Shown one piece after another: positions 51,905 through 64,000 of a stretch of 64,000 nucleotides of DNA. The stretch is taken from the NCBI RefSeq assembly GCF_009914755.1, contig NC_060927.1; one strand, written 5' to 3'. The translations under genes were made by a program, and so were the position numbers. This DNA is from the human T2T-CHM13v2.0 reference genome, Homo sapiens. Position 1 is the stretch's first letter, and each line of letters starts with the position of its first letter. The notes under the pieces were generated by a model. The model saw nothing but the letters and a program-made list of their open reading frames with translations, searched no databases and was not told where the DNA came from.

Positions 51905-54124
51905 TTTGGGGGTATCTTTATGCTTGTTCTTTCATTCTTCTCCCATCCATCCGTCCATTCATCCATCCATCCATCCATCCAGCCAGCCAGCCAATGTTTT
52001 CTGTGTATCTAGGATGGTGCATGCTATGTACTGAGTGCTGTGCTAGCTGCCAGGGATGCAATGGCATTTTTCTTTTTATGCTCATGTCTTTGACTCCCCA
52101 GTACTTTGAAACATCTCTGGCCACAGTATGCAACATATTTTTGATTTCCTGGCTGAAGAGTACAGCTTTGCCCTTGGATGTCACATACAAGCTGGAGTAA
52201 TCTTCATGAGGCAGTGTTTTCTCAGCTTCACACCATCAGCTCCTCTTTGTCTGTGGTTAAGAAAAAGTCCTGTCAGGTTGGGCTCATCTGTAGTGCTGCC
52301 TGCTCTGGTTTTTGGCCACCAGAAGACTACTTGGAGGGACTGGTGTAAACTCTTACTGCTTCTTCTAATTTAGACTCAACTAGAGAGTATTCTTGCATTC
52401 TGAAATAGGGGAAAAATGAGATGGGGTGTCATAATAATCAAAGTGATAATTCCTTACATTCGTATAGCATTTTAACTATTTCCAAATCATTCTCACATTA
52501 AATATCTTTTTCACATTAAATATCTTAACATCCAGTGATAAGGGGGTAGATGGTATTAATGTACCAGAAACTCCATTGGATTAACTGGCTAGATACTCTG
52601 CCCCACTGCCAGCTAATTAGAACTGGGTCCTAACTTCTGGTCTTTAAGGAGCCCCAACAGATAACAAGTGTCAGTCAGTTACCTTAGAATTAGCCAAGCA
52701 GTCGCAACATTCTCTTGGGATGAAGAGATTACTATTAATGCTTAGCATTCTTGTTCAACAGCACTTCTACCTAGCCGGCCTGGGAGTTAGAAGTCTAGAG
52801 AGGTGGTGGGCAGCTGGTAGCCCACTCCCATTGGGAACAGAACAAGGAGAGGAGGAATAAAAGGCTCAAGGAGACAAAGTGTCTCAATAAATACTTCTAG
52901 CTGGGTTGATAGCAGAACCAAGAATAGAATTTTAGATGATCAGATGGTACAAATTTGTCTTGTAGCAACTGACCTCATGTTGCATTGTGAGATTTTTGTT
53001 TCAAAATAAAGATTTAAGTCATTTCCTATTAACCTTTTTATAATTTCTCATCTAGAAATAGACTTTGCAGAAACAAGATGATGTCATATAAGTCAAAGAG
53101 GACCAGGCTTGAAGAGAAATAGCCCTGCTTTCTGACTGGAGTGTATGTTGTTAATATCAAGTTGGCCTGGAGAAGTTGTTAGCCAAGAAATGCTATGGTT
53201 GTACTTGGAAAGTGGGAACATTGGGAACTTACTGGAGGACTCCTCGTACTCAAACCTGGAGGGGTCTTGGAGACCTAGGTGGGTGGGCTAGAGCTGACTG
53301 GGACAGTGTAAAACCAGATGGTGCTTGGCTTTATAAGGCATGTTGATGTTCACTATAGCAGGAAAGGACCTTGAATGCGGTTATGATGGAGACTTGGAAC
53401 TTGGGCATTGGCAAGTAGGTGTCCAGGATAAAGGCAGACATGGAGAAGAAATCTGAAAGGCCCTTAAGCTTTTTGGCAGAGAGAATCAGATTCTATGCTG
53501 AAAGACCTAACACAGTGCTTGGTGTTTAGTAGGCACTCAACAGATATTGGTTCCCCTAAAGATACTGGGTGGTCAAAGTTGAATAAATCCAAATAACCAC
53601 AGTGCAATTCTAGGAAAACATTTGTATAAGGAGTAGCAGGATGTTTGCAATAAAAGTCAATGGCTTCTTTGTTATAAAAAATTGTGGATGTTGTTGTTGA
53701 GGTAGTGTGGGGAGGCCCAGAGTTCTTCTGCACTGCTATTTGGTGTTTGCCTTTCTCCTCAGTGAATCTGTGAATCACCTTCTGGGAGTCCTCATTGTTC
53801 CGTGGAGCACAAATCTAAAAACCTGTAGATTAAAGGATCTCTAAGGACAATTCTGACTCTAAGCATTGATAATTTTTATCATTAGCAAATTTGACCCTAA
53901 GTCATCTGTTCTTTTGTCATCTGCGCAGTGTCCTTGGTTTACTTTGGCACCCATGACTTAGCTGTATAGATACTGGGTTTGGATATCAGGGATTGTAGAG
54001 GTGGCCCCGTATGGCCTTTTGTAGCAGAAGGCTGTCTTTTTCATCAATTCCACTAAAAAGTTTTCCAAAGAAGTCCTAGACATGGATGTGAATCAATTTT
54101 CCCCAAAAAAACCTTTGACAGAAC

Positions 54125-54812
54125 TATGGTGGATGGCAAACATGGCCATGATCATTTCCTTCCTTGTATTTACATCCCCATACAATGTGACTTTGCAGAG
54201 CCTCTTATCAAGCTATGGAGTCTATTTCCTCCCCCTTTTAGTCAGAGACAACCCTGTAGCTCAAGCTGACCATTAGTATGTGATAGAAGTGACACTGTGC
54301 CTGTTCTGACCACAGGCCTTGGGACACCTTGCAGCCTCTGCTCTCACTAATCTGCTATCAATAATCAAAGTGATAATTCCTTACATTTGTATAGCATTTT
54401 AACTATTTCCAAACCATTCCCATGTTAAATATCTTAACACCCAGTGATAAGCGGGTAGATGTTATTAATTACACAGAAACCCCATTGGATTGACTGGCTA
54501 GGTACTCTGCACCACACCCTTTTGGAATCCTGCTCAGTCATCACATGACTGACCAGCCCAGTTTAGCAAGCTGGATGATGGAGATCATGTTGCCTAGAGA
54601 TGAGCTGTCTTGGCTGAGGCTATGCTGTATCAGCCAGTTTCCAGCTGGCCTGGGAGTTGATTGCAGAGGCACGAGTGAGTCAAGACCAGAAGAACCACTC
54701 GTCTGAGCACAGCTCAAATTGTCAACCCACAGAATTGTGAGCTAAATAAATCATCGTTATTTCAAGCCATTGGGTTTTGGATAATTTTTTATGCAGCAAA
54801 AGTCAATAGATG
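54125..54812 (+). mobile_element. MLT1-family LTR interrupted by a templated insert at 54348-54515
   Basis: tatggtggatggcaaacatggcc...gaagtgacactgtgcctgttctga...acccacagaattgtgagctaaataaat...ttatgcagcaaaag. Confidence 0.75.
54360..54515. repeat. 156-bp dispersed copy of 52433-52606
   Basis: Colinear alignment aataatcaaagtgataattccttacatt...tactctgc.ccac; the source has an extra 18-bp tandem duplication. Confidence 0.95.
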
Positions 54813-55349
54813 TAAGGGGTCAACTAAGGCAGTGACCAACAGACTCTCTAGAATCTTAGTGCAGTCATCATAAAGGCCTAAGATTATCCTTAGTGGCAGA
54901 GATCATGTTATGTGTTTCACGAACCATTTTGTTTTCTTCTTGGGCATACAAGAATACCACATTTCCCAGCCTTCTTGTATCTAGATAAGGCCATATCACT
55001 AATTCTGTCTAGAAGTAATGTGAACAGAAATGATGAGTGTCATTTCTGTGCTGGGATGGTAAGTCTTCAGTTTGCTTTCTCAAATTATCTCTTAATTCAT
55101 CTGCCAGATGGGTGAAACCATGACTTCAAAGACCATGATGGCAGAGCCACCAGACAGAATTGAATTGCTTAGAAGGGAGTGCCTCACCTGTATCCACCTG
55201 TGATGTGAGCTATTTATATTATCTTAAGCTACTGACATTCAGAATTGTTTGTTATAACAGCTAGCATTTATTACTCTAATACCTAGTTAGAGACACGGTA
55301 TAGTTAACATCCTAGAGCTCCAAGGGAATTTATTTTCAAGATATTAAAT

Positions 55350-56150
55350 ATATTTATTTTTAATTTTATTATTTATTTCTAATACAAAAATAAGACAATA
55401 CATTCACATGCTTCAAAATTCAAAAGATAAAGAAGGATTTAGAACACACACAATAAAACTCCTTCTTATACCTATCCACTAGCTATCCAGATCTTTCTTT
55501 GAAATCAATGTCAGATATTTCCTGTGTATCCTTCAGAAATATTTTTGCATATGCAAACAAGTGAATGTATGTATGTGTGCGTGTAGGGTAGCATGATGTT
55601 TTACACATTGTTGTGTACCTTAAAATTTTAACACTAAAGTTTGGAGATCTTTCCTTATAGTACATAAATAGCTTCCTTATTTTTTTCAGCTGTTATACTA
55701 GTGCATTGGATGGATATATTATAATTAACTGAACCGTTCTCAAGTTGATTACCGTTTAGCTTGTTTCTACCCTTTTGCTAAGACAAACAATGGTGCAGTG
55801 ACTCCATCTTTACACATATGTCACTTTGCACAAGTGTGAGTTGACCTTAAAGAAAAATTACTAGAATTGGAATCAAATGGCAGTATACATTTACATTGTT
55901 GAAGGAGGTTTCCAAATTTTACTTACAGAGATTTTACAATTTAAACTTCTTACAGTAATATATGATAGTGCCTGTTTTTCAACACCCTCCTCAACACAGT
56001 GTGATAATCACCATTTCAATGTTTGATGAGCTGATAACTTTTCTATTATATGTGCTTTGTGAATCTTTTCATATGGTTAAAAGTCATTGGTTTTTTCATG
56101 AACTGTCATTTGCTAATTTTTCTATGATATTGAATGACTAGTCTTTTTTC
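55350..56150 (-). mobile_element. L1ME-like 3' fragment
   Basis: cttgtttctacccttttgctaagacaaacaatggtgcagtgactccatctttacacatatgtcactttgcac. Confidence 0.65.
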
Positions 56151-57514
56151 ATTACCTGGAGCCATAGGAATAGAAAATGTTCATGTTGAGAAGATGACAG
56201 GGTCTACCTTCACTACACACAACTAAGTACAGCTCAGGGAATCCAGACAGTGAAGTAACCACTGCCAATCCATCTGGACAGGAGGAGAAGGGAAACTCTA
56301 GCTTTGCTCAAGATCATATCCATAAGGCCTCCCAGGATGCCTGGCACACAAGAAGCCCTCAATAAATTTTACTATAGTTTTAATTAGCAGATGAATGAAT
56401 ATCAAATGATGGAGTTTGGCAATTCTTTTTTTTGACACTGAATTCCTTCTAGAACTTGGTTTCTGCCCTTAAGAATGGATCCTGAGACCAGGAAGGTGTC
56501 AGGTGTTGGTAATATAGGAACTAAGGATTCTTCTGCTACATCAGCTAGAAGAGAGTGCCAGAGGCTGCTTAAGGCAGGACCTTGTGCTCCAGAGACTCTC
56601 CCCACAATCTCAATGCTCCAGTCAGTGTTGAGGAGCCGAATGATGACATGTGTGTTGGCTGGGATGGGTTCTGCCAGTTGCCACTTGGTCCTTCGCGTTA
56701 CTGTAGCAGAACAGAATGAAACAGGAGATATTGGTGAGTTTTATCCCCTGTGAACTCCAGAGCCTTCCTTCTCCTGTGGAGTCCAGTGCCTCCCCTCTCC
56801 TCCTCAGCATCAAAACCACTTTTAGAAAATGTTTCTCTGTTAGTCACCTTCCTGGTTTGGGTTCCTACAGCAATCCACCCTGGGAAAGAATTTGTGTGCA
56901 CGTAGTTTTTTTGGGAAGTGAAGACAATTCCAGTGGACAAGAGATGACCGTCAGGCAAAGAGATGCCAGCACTGGTGGCTGGAAGAGAGACCAGTAGGCA
57001 CTTCAGTGATCTGGGTGAGGGAATATGAGTGGGGCACTGATAACTTCTGCTCCAGCCACTTATACTCTGGCCTTGTCTCCAGTCTGGCCCCACCCGCTAC
57101 TTCCACCTATTTTTCTCCTAGCACCCAGAGTGATCTAAAATGAAAATCAATCCCTTCACTTTTCTGCACTTAAAGCACAAACTCCTTAGCAAAGCCTCAA
57201 AGCTTACAACTGCCCCTTGCCCTTCAGGTTTCGAACCAGAGACACCTGTGGTTCCCAAACAGCACTCACCCCAACCCCACCACCGCTGATGCAATCACTT
57301 CATTGCCCTGAGACTGACTGACTGCCCTGTCTGTGTTCCCCTGATGCTCCAGCTGATGCGAGCACCTCCAAGGCTAAGACTAGGTCCCTGAGCTTCTGTA
57401 TCCACAGCCCCAGGCACCCGGCATGCAGCAGGCCCTTAAGGGCTGCCTGTTGAACAGATACGTGAATTTAAATGATGGAAAGAAAGCATCAGAAAGGGCA
57501 TCAGGAGCAGTTAA

Positions 57515-57807
<293 letters not shown>

Positions 57808-59009
57808 ATTTTGAGGGAAAGGGAACAAATAGGTATTTTGCTAAGCACGCACTAGGAACAAGGAGCTTCCTAGACATTATCTTACTTAATAGTCATAACG
57901 ATCCTGTTACTATTCCCATCTAAAAAAAAAAACAAGAAAACTTAGGCAAAGAGAGGTTAAATGACTCTCCCCAAGTCACATGGATGGTGGATGGTGAGTG
58001 TCATAGCCAGTATGCAAATGCTGCTGTCACAAATAAATGACCAGAAAGCCCACACACTTTTTAATCACACCACTGCTTGCAATTATACCCTCTGTGTACA
58101 CTGCAAAGTCAGCTTTATGGATGTGAGTCTTTAAACCTCTCAGCTGAGAATGCCTACCCCTTCTTTCAGGCAGTGAGGCCACACTGGGCTGAGGGCAGAT
58201 GGGGCAAGGAGACTGTGCCCCACCCCTCCTCCTCTCCTAGACATCACTGGTGGAGTTGCTTGCGATGCTTGGCTCCTCAGAGCCTCTCTTGGTTCTGAAA
58301 GTCAGCATTTCTGTTATCACACGTTATCAGTGCCAGGTCTCCCTGGGACAAAGTGCTTATTGGAATCCTCCAGAAGCCTACTTTACTTATCACATGTCCC
58401 ACACCAGAGAGGTCCTGGCTCTCTGGAAACAAGCCCCTTTCCATCAGTCTGAGATGGAATTAACCTCCCAAAGGACCCCGTGCAGCCTTTATGAACCAAT
58501 CAAAATTGGTTCCACATTGAGTTTCCATGGGTTTTATTTTATTTTCCCTCCAAATCTCACTGCTGTTGCATTAGGCACCAGCCTCTGCAAGTTGCTTAGA
58601 AACTGCTTTGCATCAGCCGGCTCATCCAGGTCCCCATGTGCAGGCAGAGTGATAAGCACCACTACTTATTTTTTTTTTAAATACAGACATATAATTAAGG
58701 AAAACATTCTGATGTCTGCAAAGTCCGGCTGGCAACAAATAGCCAGTGAGAAAGGGCTCAAGGTGGAACAGAGCTAAGGATTTCAATGTGAAAATGAATA
58801 AATAAGACCCCCATTCACTCCTCCCTTTGTAAACATAGGGTCAGCACCAGTTTTAGGTGACTCAGTTTTTTTCCAAAATTGGTTCTACTCTGGGTTTGCC
58901 CAATCCTTCAGAACTAAAGATGTTTCTCAAGGGGGAGACACTTCTAATTCCATGTGTTACTATTCTGAATGAGAACAAAAAAGAGAAGAGAAGATACTAC
59001 CTGGCAGTG

Positions 59010-59510
59010 GACATGTGTTGTGTTTGTTAGCTCAGCCGCCATGCCACCTCCTTCTGCAAATGGCACTTAGATTTTGCTTTGGGGTGCCACCTCCTCCCTG
59101 TTCCAAGTCATGGGATTTGTGGGGGTTACTCAACCCACAAGGCTCCAGGGAGTAGACACATGACACTGGCCTGGCCAGTGGAATTGCTAAGGGTTTGGCG
59201 TGTGACCCACACTGGCTCCAGGAGAGTCAGCCCTGGCACTTGGTTGGAAGTCTGGGAAAGGTGGTATTTTCTTCCTGTTGTGTTTGCAACCCCGGTAGAG
59301 TAAATACCTGATTCTGCTGGTGGTCATCTTTGCTACCATGTAGGAGGGCCTGCTGAGGATGAAGCCAAAACAGAATAAAATTAAGAGATAGAGACCATAT
59401 TGGTGTATCCACTGAAGCCAGACTTTCCAGTTAAGTGAGTGCTAAATTTCCCTTCTATTTTACTTGAGTCTGTTTGACTTGTGCTTTTTGTCATTTTCAG
59501 CCAAATAGTC
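59010..59510 (+). mobile_element. Old MLT1 (J/K-like) LTR
   Basis: ggctccagggagtagacacatgacactggcctggccag...ggtggtcatctttgctaccatg...ctgaagccagactttccagttaagtgag. Confidence 0.6.
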
Positions 59511-59725
59511 TTGGAAAGCAATTGTGCCAATCCCTCACTTTCACCAAAGATCTGCTTCCTACCTTTTAGATAGGGCCAGGACAGAAGGACTCTGCTTTAT
59601 GGGTTCTCATGAAGGTCTTGATACTCATTGGTAAAGTACTTCTCCCCTGTGGGGAGAGCTGGGGAAAGGGGAGTGGGTATGTGCTCAACAACATGGAGAA
59701 GGGGAATGATGTCTTGAAATTCTCT

Positions 59726-60137
59726 CTTTTTTTCCTTCAATTTTTATTTTAAGTTCCAGGGTACATGTGCAGGATGTGCAGGTTTGTTACATAGGTGAAT
59801 GTGTGCCATGATGGTTTGCTGCACAGATCATCCCATCATCTAGGTATTAAGCCCAGTGTCTATTAGTTATTCTTCCTCTCCCCAACCCCCCAAACCCCCT
59901 GGACAGGCCCCAGAGTGTGTTGTCCACCCCTCATGTGTCCATGTGTTCTCATAGTTCAGCTCCCACTTATGAGAACATGCGGTGTTTTGTATTCTGTTCC
60001 TGCGTTAGTTTGCTGAAGATAATGGCTTCCAGCTCTATCCATGTCCCTGCAAAGGACGTGATCTCGTTTTATTTATTTATTTATTTATTTTTTAATTTTT
60101 ATGGCTGTGTAGTGTTCCATGGTGTATATGTACCACA
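59726..60137 (-). mobile_element. 5'-truncated L1PA 3' end with an internal (TTTA)n expansion
   Basis: ttttattttaagttccagggtacatgtgcaggatgtgcagg...; exact 12-bp TSD ttgaaattctct (59714-59725 / 60138-60149). Confidence 0.95.
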
Positions 60138-61479
60138 TTGAAATTCTCTTTGAAGTCAGCAGAAATGTGTGCACGGACACAGTGCACGGATGTGGTGGCT
60201 GAAAAGAAACGTCAGACATGGGCTCTTAACTCCAGGAACTTAGATGTTGAGAAACAGTGACAGGACACACGTGTAGTAAAGCTAAAGACAAGCCCACAAT
60301 ATAGGCCCTGACAGAAGACCTAGACAGTCAGAGTTGTAGGACGTCATGGAAGGTGGAGGGGAAGGCTTCCTAAAGCTGTTGGGTCAGGGAATTAGAGTGG
60401 TAGGTAGAGGGGAAGGTGGAGGGATGATATCACTGGAACGAGTACAAATTTGCAAGACTAGAGACTGCCCAGGCCTTTAAACCCATGTGTCCATTTCTGG
60501 GTGAGAGGTCCTCCTCTTGTCCTCTGTTCCCTTCATTCACTCTACATCCTCTTCCCTTCTCCTACCTTCTCTCCATCCCTGAAAGTTTTCATGGAGCTGG
60601 GGACTAGTGAGAGGCTGTGATTGCAGGGATTCATTTCTGTCTGCTCTACCACCCCTGGGAAGCCAGCACATGAGCTTTGAATTATATTGGGGGGGAACTA
60701 GGTTAGACTGAAGGAAGAACCAAGCAGGACTCCTAAAAAAGCCCACATCAGTTGCCATGACAATATGCTGACTCTTTCCCCGAAGGAATTTTAAAATAGG
60801 TCACACTTTCCTTTTTATGGGAGGTTGAGAGTCCTGCCAGGAACAATGATGGGGCCGGCAAAGGACTCAGCACTGAAAGGTCAAATTCTGTCAAATCACA
60901 GATTTCACTTATAGAAATCTGTACAAAAAGACAATTCCTTCTCCTCCGCTGGGATGCTCCCATGTGCTACCTGTTTGCGCAGCCTGGGAAGCACATGTGG
61001 TGGTCCAAGTGATAGAGAGGCCTGTGTGGTTATGGTTTCTTGACATGCCCCTCTCTGTGGGTTTAAGCGTTACCTGGGTGCACCCACCCATCCTTCACAG
61101 CAAGTGCTGGTGCCACTTTGTGGCTTTCCTTTCAGTGCCAGAGTGAGATCCCCTTAAGCATCCCTGTCTTCTGTTACTAGCTCCTTTGGATCCAGATTTG
61201 ACTCCTTTATTTACCACTTACTGAACATGAGATGCACTCAGGCTACTGCAACTTTTGGAGACTTGGTTCCTAATCTGCAATAACCGGGGGCATATCACCT
61301 ACCTGGAAGCATTGGAGAGGAGAAGCCAAGATAGTGCAAAGAAATGGCCCATCCCTGTCTCTGGCACAGAGCAGACATATAGTCATTAACTGTATCCTTT
61401 TCCTCTCTTTTGGAGGAAATTACTGAATTTAGGGCAGTCATACCTTTTTAGGAGCTGCTCCCAGCTCAGCTCAGGTGTC

Positions 61480-61725
61480 CTTTAGGCCAAGATGCCTTTC
61501 CTGAAGCCCCACCTTATGCAAATCTCACTTCATACTCTCTCCTGGCCTCCTTCATTCTCCTTTCAAATCTGTACTTAAATGTTTATGAACATTTGCTTAA
61601 CATCTGCTTCTGCGGTAAGAATGAGAGTGCAGGCACCGTGTCTGCCATGCTCTCTGCTGTATCCCCAGTGCCTGGAACACAGTAAGGGTTCAGTAAATGT
61701 TTGTTGAATGAACAAATGAGTGATC
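61480..61725 (+). mobile_element. L2 3' end
   Basis: gctgtatccccagtgcctggaacacagtaagggttcagtaaatgtttgttgaatgaac. Confidence 0.75.
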
Positions 61726-62739
61726 AGAAACCCTGCTTGGTAGTTGCATATGTCTTTGCTTAATAAGACACAGGGGAAATGAAGACATTGCTATCTAATA
61801 AGTGTAATTTATCTGGGAGGAAAAAATTGTTGCCAACGTGAGCCCATGTGATGTTTATAAATAATTAAATGGGCCCTTGATGGTGAAAAAGTGAGTAACT
61901 CCTAGAGTTATTGTCTGGCTGAATTTTGCTTTTGTTTGCTCTAGTTTAATGCAACAGTCTTCAAAATTTGCATCTGTTTCTTCCACCTGCTGAATTCCAT
62001 GGACTAGATCACATCTGTGTTGCTTTAGGTGCTTAGAAGAGGTATTCAAGTCAGAATCTATGCCTAATTGTTGCCTCTCAGATAATTATTTATGTGTTTC
62101 TTCCTTCCTACATGGAAGCATGGTCATGAGTATATTTGTGCCTTGCACCTTCCTACTTGTGTTCCCTTGGGCTTGAACATGGTGATAGCTATATCACAGG
62201 CACACAGGCATGCATGCCTATGCATGTATGTGCACATGAGTGTAAGCACATGTGAAGGCACTGGACAGACAGGGCTCGGAGGATGATTTGCCTTTGTCTT
62301 CTGGGGCATGAAGAAGCTATTCCTGTGGGAACGAGTGCTGGAATTGGAGTCAAGAGAGTCAAGAAAAGAACATACACTTGGTTGTTGAAGAGCTGGCCCT
62401 CTTGCCATTAAATAGAAGAGAAACTAAACAAAAAGTCTGAGGGGATCTCTCTGTGATGAGAGAATCAGAGATGGGTGATGGGATAAAGCAGTGATGCTGA
62501 TTTTTGTACTGGGCCACATGGAAGCTCAGGGTAAGTAAGATCTCCAGCTAACTCCTGTAGCTCCCTAGACTCTGTGTTCATCATTCCAATTGGAGATGAA
62601 CTTCCTCATCATCAAAGTCTCCTTCATATCGTCAGGGACTACATCAGGGTTTCTTGGACAGTCTTGCTGGGTGATTGATGTCTGCTAACCCTTCCAGAAT
62701 TCCTTTAGTAACAGAGAAAGAGATGGTGGCAGAGATGGG

Positions 62740-63290
62740 TAACTCTCTCTTCTCCCCTTCTGTGGTAAATGTTGAGATGGGAAGAGGTTGCCCAACCAGG
62801 GACTGAATTTCCCACTGCCACTCTGCTACTCTTGCACTGACTTGGTGTGGTCATGTGACTTATTCTTATCAATAGAATATGACAGGAAGTGATGTGTGCC
62901 ACTTCTGTCCCTGAATGACTTTGTGGAAGGGAGCCACCTACAGACTTAAACACCCTTCTAGGTATGTGAGAAACAAACTTTTATCACGTCAGATCGTTAC
63001 GTATTTGGGTCTGTTTGTCACAGCAGCTTGGTCCACACTGAATAATACAGATGGTGTATTAGTCTGGTCTGGCAGCTGTAATGAAATATCATAGACCAGA
63101 TGGCTTAAATAACAAATTTATTTCTCATAGTTCTGGAGGCGGGAAGTTCAAGATCAAGGTATGGGTAAGGAAGATTTCATTTTGAAGCCTCTTCTTTTGG
63201 CTTGCAGGTGGATACTATTTTGCTGTATGCTCACATGATCTCTGTATGTGTGTGTGTGAGGAGAGAGGGAGAGAGAAAGAGAGAGAGAGC
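62740..63290. mobile_element. Two adjacent MLT1 LTR fragments in opposite orientation (junction ~63050)
   Basis: caatagaatatgacaggaagtgatgtgtgccacttc...ctgaataataca, then tgtattagtctgg...atttatttctcatagttctggaggcgggaagttcaagatcaagg. Confidence 0.7.
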
Positions 63291-63341
63291 ATACTAAAAT
63301 ATTCTGCATTTTAGATTCTTTAACAATAAATCTTGGACACC

Positions 63342-63722
63342 TGTATTAGTTCGTTCTCACTCTGCTAATAAAGACATACCTGAGACCAGGTAATTTATAA
63401 AGGAAAGAGGTTTAATGAACTGACAGTTCTACATGGCTGAGGAGGCCTCACAATCATGGTGGAAGGCAAATGAAAAGCTAAGGCAAAGGAGAAGCAAAGG
63501 CATGTCTTACGTGGTGGCAGGCAAAGAGAGCATGCGCAGGGGAACTGCCCTTTATAAAACCATCAGATCTCATAAGACTTCTTCATTATCACAAGAACAG
63601 CATGGGAAATACCTGCCCCCACGATTCAATTGCCTTCCATAGGGTCCCTCCATGACACATGGGAATTATGAATGCTACAATTCAAGATGAGATTTGGGTG
63701 GGGATGCAGTCAAACCATATCA
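63342..63722 (-). mobile_element. THE1C-like solo LTR inside an old L1M fragment
   Basis: tgtattagttcgttctcac...gagatttgggtggggatgcagtcaaaccatatca; exact 5-bp TSD acacc. Confidence 0.93.
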
Positions 63723-64000
63723 ACACCAGTCCATATCAGTACGTAGAGAGCTTCTTCTTTTTCACAGCTATGTAGTGTTTCATTAAATAGCTACCATAAT
63801 TAATTTAAGCAGTCCCTCCTTGATGAATATTTGAATTGACTCTACTCTTTTGTTGTCACAGACAGTGTAGTAAAGAATAATCTTTTCGTGAGTGTAGAAA
63901 TATCAATAGGACACAATTCTAGAAGTGGGATTATTGGGTCAAAGGACAAATGCATTTACAATTTTCATGAACATTTGCTTCTCCCTTTTGAATCTAGTTT

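Noticed and set aside
58250-58777. 175-aa ORF (and the 166-aa ORF at 30918-31418)
   Set aside because: No recognisable homology or exon structure; consistent with chance
61392-61400. GTATCCTTT U12-type 5' splice motif
   Set aside because: Isolated, at a MIR edge, with no exon or matching U12 branch site identified

Overview
This is eukaryotic, simian-primate (human-like) non-coding genomic DNA, judged from its Alu, L1PA/L1PB, THE1, MLT1, MIR and L2 repeats. I found no intact protein-coding gene, structural RNA gene or CRISPR-like array. The only gene-derived sequence is a full-length, frameshifted processed pseudogene of EEF1G on the minus strand (~1167-2560). Large elements are a two-LTR THE1 (MaLR) provirus (33198-35516) and a ~6.85 kb full-length L1PB with a 21-bp target-site duplication (TSD) and a nested Alu (35962-42808). 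A non-repetitive CpG-rich block with homeodomain and octamer motifs (~20540-21450) looks like a regulatory element. The most unusual signals are small rearrangements. Two local templated copies (90 bp and 156 bp) lie 1.2-1.9 kb from their sources, and one carries an inverted filler. There is also a 5'-inverted ancient L1, a duplicated and inverted microsatellite module, and a three-layer LTR nest. I cannot support a novel multi-gene biological system here. Repeat subfamily names come from recalled consensus sequences and need Dfam/RepeatMasker confirmation. Boundaries of old repeats are approximate.
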